A DNA stretch of 11,154 nt from Azolla caroliniana (lineage: Eukaryota > Plantae > Polypodiophyta): the NCBI GenBank assembly GCA_043228905.1, contig JBHGNT010001184.1, positions 1-11,154 of the forward strand, written 5' to 3'. Below, one piece after another: positions 1 through 8,366 of the stretch; within the stretch, counting starts at the first letter, position 1, and each line of letters opens with the position of its first letter. The translations under genes and the position numbers were made by a program. The notes under the pieces were generated by a model. The model was not told the origin of the DNA. It worked only from the letters and a program-made list of their open reading frames with translations, and searched no databases.

Positions 1-24
1 AGAAGAGCCCGTGAGTAAATTAAA

Positions 25-192
25 ATGGTCATACCTGGCTCCTGTGATATCGGATTTTTGTGTTCAAACATCCGAATCGAAGCTAACAACGCTAGCTATG
101 CTACACAATTAAAAAATCAAGATTTTGAAACTCAGGTCGAGAAACATGAAGAAATTAGCAAAATTGAGGAGGGACTTGAGAACAGCCCGTGA
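25..192 (+). other. 55-codon ORF present in each monomer (first copy shown); coding status unsupported
   Basis: ATG at 25 to TGA at 190-192 gives MVIPGSCDIGFLCSNIRIEANNASYATQLKNQDFETQVEKHEEISKIEEGLENSP*. The ORF itself is directly visible; the confidence value refers to it being a real coding unit. Confidence 0.12.
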
Positions 193-3100
193 GTAAATTA
201 AAATGGTCATACCTGGCTCCTGTGATATCGGATTTATGTGTTCAAACATGCGAATCGAAGCTAACAACGCTAGTTATGCTACACAATTAAAAAATTAGGA
301 TTTTGAAACTCAGGTCGAGAGACATGAAGAAATTAGCAAAATTGAGGAGGGACTTGAGAAGAGCCCGTGAGTAAATTAAAATGGTCATACCTGGCTTCTG
401 TGATATCGGATTTTTGTGTTCAAACATGCGAATCGAAGCTAATAACGCTAGCTGTGATATGGAATTAAAAAATCAAGATTTTGAAACTCAGGTCGAGAGA
501 CATGAAGAAATTAGCAAAATTGAGGAGGGACTTGAGAAGAGCCCGTGAGTAAATTAAAATGGTCATACCTGGCTGCTGTGATATCGGATTTTTGTGTTCA
601 AGTGTGCGAATCGAAGCTAACAACGCTAGCTATGCTACACAATTAAAAAATCAAGATTTTGAAACTCAAGTCGAGAGACATGAAGAAATTAGCAAAATTA
701 AGGAGGGACTTGAGAAGAGCCCGTGAGTAAATTAAAATGGTCATACCTGGCTCCTGTGATATCGGATTTTTGTGTTCAAACATGCGAATCGAAGCTAACA
801 ACGCTAGCTATGATATGGAATTAAAAAATCAAGATTTTGAAACTCAGGTCGAGAGACATGACGAAATTAGCAAAATTGAGGAGGGACTTGAGAAGAGCCC
901 GTGAGTAAATTAAAATGCTCATACCTGGCTCCTGTGATATCGGATTTTTGTGATCAAACATGCGAATCGAAGCTAACAACGCTAGCTATGCTACACAATT
1001 AAAAAATCAAGATTTTGAAACTCAGGTCGAGAGACATGAAGAAATTTGCAAAATTGAGGAGGGACTTGAGAACAGCCCGTGAGTAAATTAAAATGGTCAT
1101 ACCTAGCTCCTGTGATATCGGATTTTTTTGTTCAAACATGCGAATCGAAGCTAACAACGCTAGCTATGCTACACAATTAAAAAATCAAGATTTTGAAACT
1201 CAGGTCGAGAGACATGAAGAAATTTGCAAAATTGAGAAGGGACTTGAGAAGAGCCCGTGAGTAAATTAAAATGGTCATACCTGGCTCCTGTGATATCAGA
1301 TTTTTGTGTTCAAACATCCGAATCGAAGCTAACAACGTTAGCTATGCTACACAATTAAAAAATCAAGATTTTGAAACTCAGGTCGAGAGACATGATGAAA
1401 TTAGCAAAATTGAGGAGGGACTTGAGAAGAGCCCGTGAGTAAATTCAAATGGTTATACCTGGCTCCTCTGATATCGGATTTTTGTGTTCAAACATGCGAA
1501 TCGAAGCTAATAACGCTAGCTGTGATATGGAATTAAAAAATCAAGATTTTGAAACTCAGGTCGAGAGACATGAAGAAATTAGCAAAATTGAGGAGGGACT
1601 TGAGAAGAGCTCGTGAGTAAATTAAAATGGTCATACCTGGCTCCTGTGATATCGGATTTTTGTGTTCAAACATGCGAATCGAAGCTAACAACGCTAGCTA
1701 TGCTACACAATTAAAAAATCAAGATTTTGAAACTCAGGTCGAGAGACATGAAGAAATTAGCAAAATTAAGGAGGGACTTGAGAAGAGCCCGTGAGTAAAT
1801 TAAAATGGTCATACCTGGCTCCTGTGATATCGGATTTTTGTGTTCAAACATGCGAATCGAAGCTAACAACGCTAGCTATGATATGGAATTAAAAAATCAA
1901 GATTTTGAAACTCAGGTCGAGAGACATGACGAAATTAGCAAAATTGAGGAGGGACTTGAGAAGAGCCCGTGAGTAAATTAAAATGCTCATACCTGGCTCC
2001 TGTGATATCGGATTTTTGTGATCAAACATGCGAATCGAAGCTAACAACGCTAGCTATGCTACACAATTAAAAAATCAAGAGTTTGAAACTCAGGTCGAGA
2101 GACATGAAGAAATTTGCAAAATTGAGAAGGGACTTGAGAAGAGCCCGTGAGTAAATTAAAATGGTCATACCTGGCTCCTGTGATATCGGATTTTTGTGTT
2201 CAAACATCCGAATCGAAGCTAACAACGTTAGCTATGCTACCCAATTAAAAAATCAAGATTTTGAAACTCAGGTCGAGAAACATGAAGAAATTAGCAAAAT
2301 TGAGGAGGGACTTGAGAAGAGCCCGTGAGTAAATTAAAATGGTCATACCTGGCTCCTGTGTTATCGGATTTATGTGTTCAAACATGCGAATCGAAGCTAA
2401 CAACGCTAGTTATGCTACACAATTAAAAAATTAGGATTTTGAAACTCAGGTCGAGAGACATGAAGAAATTAGCAAAATTGAGGAGGGACTTGAGAAGAGC
2501 CCGTGAGTAAATTAAAATGGTCATACCTGGCTCCTGTGATATCGGATTTTTGTGTTCAAGTGTGCGAATCGAAGCTAACAACGCTAGCTATGATATGGAA
2601 TTAAAAAATCAAGATTTTGAAACTCAGGTCGAGAGACATGAAGAAATTAGCAAAATTGAGAAGGGACTTGAGAAGCGCCCGTGAGTAAATTAAAATGGTC
2701 ATACCTGGCTCCTGTGATATCGGATTTTTGTGTTCAAACATGCGAATCGAAGCTAACAACGCTTGCTATGATATGGAATTAAAAAATCAAGATTTTGAAA
2801 CTCAGGTAGAGAGACATGAAGAAATTAGCAAAATTGAGAAGGGACTTGAGAAGCGCCCGTGAGTAAATTAAAATGGTCATACCTGGCTCCTGTGATATCG
2901 GATTTTTGTGTTCAAACATGCGAATCGAAGCTAACAACGCTAGCTATGATATGGAATTAAAAAATCAAGATTTTGAAACTCAGGTAGAGAGACATGAAGA
3001 AATTAACAAAATTGAGAAGGGACTTGAGAAGAGCCCGTGAGTAAATTAAAATGGTCATACCTGGCTCCTGTGATATCGGATTTTTGTGTTCAAACATGCA

Positions 3101-3204
3101 AATCGAAGCTAATAACGCTAGCTGTGATATGGAATTAAAAAATCAAGATTTTGAAACTCAGCTCGAGAGACATGAAGAAATTAGCAAAATTGAGGAGGGA
3201 CTTG

Positions 3205-4984
3205 AGAAGAGCCCGTGAGTAAATTAAAATGGTTATACCTGGCTCGTGTAATATCGGATTTTTGTGTTCAAACATGCGAATCGAAGCTAACAACGCTAGC
3301 TATGCTACACAATTAAAAAATCCAGATTTTGAAACTCAGGTCGAGAGACATGAAGAAATTAGCAAAATTAACGAGGGACTTGAGAACAGCCCGTGAGTAA
3401 ATTATAATGGTCATACCTGGCTCCTGTGATATCGGATTTTTGTGTTCAAACATGCGAATCGAAGGTAACAACGCTAGCTATGCTATGGAATTAAAAAATC
3501 AAGATTTTGAAACTCAGGTCGAGAGACATGAAGAAATTAGCAAAATTGAGGAGGGACTTGAGAAGAGCCCGTGAGTAAATTAAAATGGTCATACCTGGCT
3601 CCTGTGATATCGGATTTTTGTGTTCAAACATCCGAATCGAAGCTAACAACGTTAGCTATGCTACACAATTAAAAAATCAAGATTTTGAAACTCAGGTCGA
3701 GAAACATGAAGAAATTAGCAAAATTGAGGAGGGACTTGAGAACAGCCCGTGAGTAAATTAAAATGGTCATACCTGGCTCCTGTGATATCGGATTTATGTG
3801 TTCAAACATGCGAATCGAAGCTAACAACGCTAGTTATGCTACACAATTAAAAAATTAGGATTTTGAAACTCAGGTCGAGAGACATGAAGAAATTAGCAAA
3901 ATTGAGGAGGGACTTGAGAAGAGCCCGTGAGTAAATTAAAATGGTCATACCTGGCTCCTGTGATATCGGATTTTTGTGTTCAAGTGTGCGAATCGAAGCT
4001 AACAACGCTAGCTATGATATGGAATTAAAAAATCAAGATTTTGAAACTCAGGTAGAGAGACATGAAGAAATTAGCAAAATTGAGAAGGGACTTGAGAAGC
4101 GCCCGTGAGTAAATTAAAATGGTCATACCTGGCTCCTGTGATATCGGATTTTTGTGTTCAAACATGCGAATCGAAGCTAACAACGCTAGCTATGATATGG
4201 AATTAAAAAATCAAGATTTTGAAACTCAGGTAGAGAGACATGAAGAAATTAACAAAATTCAGAAGGGACTTGAGAAGAGCCCGTGAGTAAATTAAAATGG
4301 TCATACCTGGCTCCTGTGATATCGGATTTTTGTGTTCAAACATGCGAATCGAAGCTAACAACGCTAGCTATGATATGGAATTAGAAAATCAAGATTTTGA
4401 TACTCAGGTCGAGAGACATGACGAAATTAGCAAAATTGAGGAGGGACTTGAGAAGAGCCCGTGAGTAAATTAAAATGGTCATACCTGGCTCCTGTGATAT
4501 CGGATTTATGTGTTCAAACATGCGAATCGAAGCTAACAACGCTAGTTATGCTACACAATTAAAAAATTAGGATTTTGAAACTCAGGTCGAGAGACATGAA
4601 GAAATTAGCAAAATTGAGGAGGGACTTGAGAAGAGCCCGTGAGTAAATTAAAATGGTCATACCTGGCTCCTGTGATATCGGATTTTTGTGTTCAAGTGTG
4701 CGAATCGAAGCTAACAACGCTAGCTATGATATGGAATTAAAAAATCAAGATTTTGAAACTCAGGTAGAGAGACATGAAGAAATTAGCAAAATTGAGAAGG
4801 GACTTGAGAAGCGCCCGTGAGTAAATTAAAATGGTCATACCTGGCTCCTGTGATATCGGATTTTTGTGTTCAAACATGCGAATCGAAGCTAACAACGCTA
4901 GCTATGATATGGAATTAAAAAATCAAGATTTTGAAACTCAGGTAGAGAGACATGAAGAAATTAACAAAATGGAGAAGGGACTTG
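3205..4984. repeat. 10-monomer block (monomers 19-28), copy 1 of a block duplication
   Basis: Matches 5697-7476 monomer for monomer, including rare markers GGTTATACCTGGCTCGTGTAATA, AATTAACGAGG and the TATGCTATGG hybrid allele. Confidence 0.9.
3739..4984. repeat. Second run of the same 4-mer HOR (B-G-H-D-B-G-H, 1.75 units), monomers 22-28
   Basis: Same diagnostic variants in the same order as 6231-8366, with private SNPs at 4260 (C) and 4971 (G). Confidence 0.9.
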
Positions 4985-5696
4985 AGAAGAGCCCGTGAGT
5001 AAATTAAAATGGTCATACCTGGCTCCTGTGATATCGGATTTTTGTGTTCAAACATGCGAATCGAAGCTAATAACGCTAGCTGTGATATGGAATTAAAAAA
5101 TCAAGATTTTGAAACTCAGGTCGAGAGACATGAAGAAATTAGCAAAATTGAGGAGGGACTTGAGAAGAGCCCGTGAGTAAATTAAAATGGTCATACCTGG
5201 CTCCTGTAATATCGGATTTTTGTGTTCAAACATGCGAATCGAAGCTAACAACGCTAGCTATGCTACACAATTAAAAAATCAAGATTTTGAAACTCAGGTC
5301 GAGAGACATGAAGAAATTAGCAAAATTAAAGAGGGACTTGAGAAGAGCCCGTGAGTAAATTATAATGGTCATACCTGGCTCCTGTGATATCGGATTTTTG
5401 TGTTCAAACATGCGAATCGAAGCTAACAACGCTAGCTATGATATGGAATTAAAAAATCTAGATTTTGAAACTCAGGTAGAGAGACATGAAGAAATTAGCA
5501 AAATTGAGAAGGGACTTGAGAAGCGCCCGTGAGTAAATTAAAATGGTCATACCTGGCTCCTGTGATATCGGATTTTTGTGTTCAAACATGCGAATCGAAG
5601 CTAACAACGCTAGCTATGATATGGAATTAAAAAATCAAGATTTTGAAACTCAGGTAGAGAGACATGAAGAAATTAACAAAATTGAGAAGGGACTTG

Positions 5697-7476
5697 AGAA
5701 GAGCCCGTGAGTAAATTAAAATGGTTATACCTGGCTCGTGTAATATCGGATTTTTGTGTTCAAACATGCGAATCGAAGCTAACAACGCTAGCTATGCTAC
5801 ACAATTAAAAAATCCAGATTTTGAAACTCAGGTCGAGAGACATGAAGAAATTAGCAAAATTAACGAGGGACTTGAGAACAGCCCGTGAGTAAATTATAAT
5901 GGTCATACCTGGCTCCTGTGATATCGGATTTTTGTGTTCAAACATGCGAATCGAAGCTAACAACGCTAGCTATGCTATGGAATTAAAAAATCAAGATTTT
6001 GAAACTCAGGTCGAGAGACATGAAGAAATTTGCAAAATTGAGAAGGGACTTGAGAAGAGCCCGTGAGTAAATTAAAATGGTCATACCTGGCTCCTGTGAT
6101 ATCGGATTTTTGTGTTCAAACATCCGAATCGAAGCTAACAACGTTAGCTATGCTACACAATTAAAAAATCAAGATTTTGAAACTCAGGTCGAGAAACATG
6201 AAGAAATTAGCAAAATTGAGGAGGGACTTGAGAACAGCCCGTGAGTAAATTAAAATGGTCATACCTGGCTCCTGTGATATCGGATTTATGTGTTCAAACA
6301 TGCGAATCGAAGCTAACAACGCTAGTTATGCTACACAATTAAAAAATTAGGATTTTGAAACTCAGGTCGAGAGACATGAAGAAATTAGCAAAATTGAGGA
6401 GGGACTTGAGAAGAGCCCGTGAGTAAATTAAAATGGTCATACCTGGCTCCTGCGATATCGGATTTTTGTGTTCAAGTGTGCGAATCGAAGCTAACAACGC
6501 TAGCTATGATATGGAATTAAAAAATCAAGATTTTGAAACTCAGGTAGAGAGACATGAAGAAATTAGCAAAATTGAGAAGGGACTTGAGAAGCGCCCGTGA
6601 GTAAATTAAAATGGTCATACCTGGCTCCTGTGATATCGGATTTTTGTGTTCAAACATGCGAATCGAAGCTAACAACGCTAGCTATGATATGGAATTAAAA
6701 AATCAAGATTTTGAAACTCAGGTAGAGAGACATGAAGAAATTAACAAAATTGAGAAGGGACTTGAGAAGAGCCCGTGAGTAAATTAAAATGGTCATACCT
6801 GGCTCCTGTGATATCGGATTTTTGTGTTCAAACATGCGAATCGAAGCTAACAACGCTAGCTATGATATGGAATTAGAAAATCAAGATTTTGATACTCAGG
6901 TCGAGAGACATGACGAAATTAGCAAAATTGAGGAGGGACTTGAGAAGAGCCCGTGAGTAAATTAAAATGGTCATACCTGGCTCCTGTGATATCGGATTTA
7001 TGTGTTCAAACATGCGAATCGAAGCTAACAACGCTAGTTATGCTACACAATTAAAAAATTAGGATTTTGAAACTCAGGTCGAGAGACATGAAGAAATTAG
7101 CAAAATTGAGGAGGGACTTGAGAAGAGCCCGTGAGTAAATTAAAATGGTCATACCTGGCTCCTGTGATATCGGATTTTTGTGTTCAAGTGTGCGAATCGA
7201 AGCTAACAACGCTAGCTATGATATGGAATTAAAAAATCAAGATTTTGAAACTCAGGTAGAGAGACATGAAGAAATTAGCAAAATTGAGAAGGGACTTGAG
7301 AAGCGCCCGTGAGTAAATTAAAATGGTCATACCTGGCTCCTGTGATATCGGATTTTTGTGTTCAAACATGCGAATCGAAGCTAACAACGCTAGCTATGAT
7401 ATGGAATTAAAAAATCAAGATTTTGAAACTCAGGTAGAGAGACATGAAGAAATTAACAAAATTGAGAAGGGACTTG
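5697..7476. repeat. 10-monomer block (monomers 33-42), copy 2 of a block duplication, offset 2492 bp
   Basis: I count 6 differences from 3205-4984 over 1780 bp (at 3465, 4260, 4971, 6031, 6043, 6453). Confidence 0.9.
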
Positions 7477-8366
7477 AGAAGAGCCCGTGAGTAAATTAAA
7501 ATGGTCATACCTGGCTCCTGTGATATCGGATTTTTGTGTTCAAACATGCGAATCGAAGCTAACAACGCTAGCTATGATATGGAATTAGAAAATCAAGATT
7601 TTGATACTCAGGTCGAGAGACATGACGAAATTAGCAAAATTGAGGAGGGACTTGAGAAGAGCCCGTGAGTAAATTAAAATGGTCATACCTGGCTCCTGTG
7701 ATATCGGATTTATGTGTTCAAACATGCGAATCGAAGCTAACAACGCTAGTTATGCTACACAATTAAAAAATTAGGATTTTGAAACTCAGGTCGAGAGACA
7801 TGAAGAAATTAGCAAAATTGAGGAGGGACTTGAGAAGAGCCCGTGAGTAAATTAAAATGGTCATACCTGGCTCCTGTGATATCGGATTTTTGTGTTCAAG
7901 TGTGCGAATCGAAGCTAACAACGCTAGCTATGATATGGAATTAAAAAATCAAGATTTTGAAACTCAGGTAGAGAGACATGAAGAAATTAGCAAAATTGAG
8001 AAGGGACTTGAGAAGCGCCCGTGAGTAAATTAAAATGGTCATACCTGGCTCCTGTGATATCGGATTTTTGTGTTCAAACATGCGAATCGAAGCTAACAAC
8101 GCTAGCTATGATATGGAATTAAAAAATCAAGATTTTGAAACTCAGGTAGAGAGACATGAAGAAATTAACAAAATTGAGAAGGGACTTGAGAAGAGCCCGT
8201 GAGTAAATTAAAATGGTCATACCTGGCTCCTGTGATATCGGATTTTTGTGTTCAAACATGCGAATCGAAGCTAACAACGCTAGCTATGATATGGAATTAG
8301 AAAATCAAGATTTTGATACTCAGGTCGAGAGACATGACGAAATTAGCAAAATTGAGGAGGGACTTG
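6231..8366. repeat. Higher-order repeat: 4-monomer unit (712 bp) x3, monomers 36-47
   Basis: Four monomer types repeat in order three times. B: GATTTATG, TAGTTATG, AATTAGGA. G: CAAGTGTGCG, GGTAGA, GAGAAGG. H: AAGCGCCC, GGTAGA, TTAACAA. D: TTAGAAAA, TTGATACT, GACGAA. By eye the 712-bp period is exact from 6454 to 8423. Confidence 0.93.

Noticed and set aside
11-135. Alternative intron ending at CTCAG (135)
   Set aside because: It leaves a 53-nt exon that shifts frame and reaches TGA within three units.
107-165. Phased A/T tracts causing DNA curvature
   Set aside because: Tracts are present, but a consistent 10-bp periodicity could not be established by eye, and this is a generic satellite property.
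166-173. GAGGAGG as a Shine-Dalgarno site
   Set aside because: It lies about 30 nt upstream of the next ATG, is often mutated to GAGAAGG, and the context looks like eukaryotic satellite.
1-178. 5S rRNA, tRNA or snRNA tandem gene unit
   Set aside because: No recognisable conserved RNA gene sequence, cloverleaf or Pol III internal promoter boxes, and no gene-versus-spacer contrast in variation.
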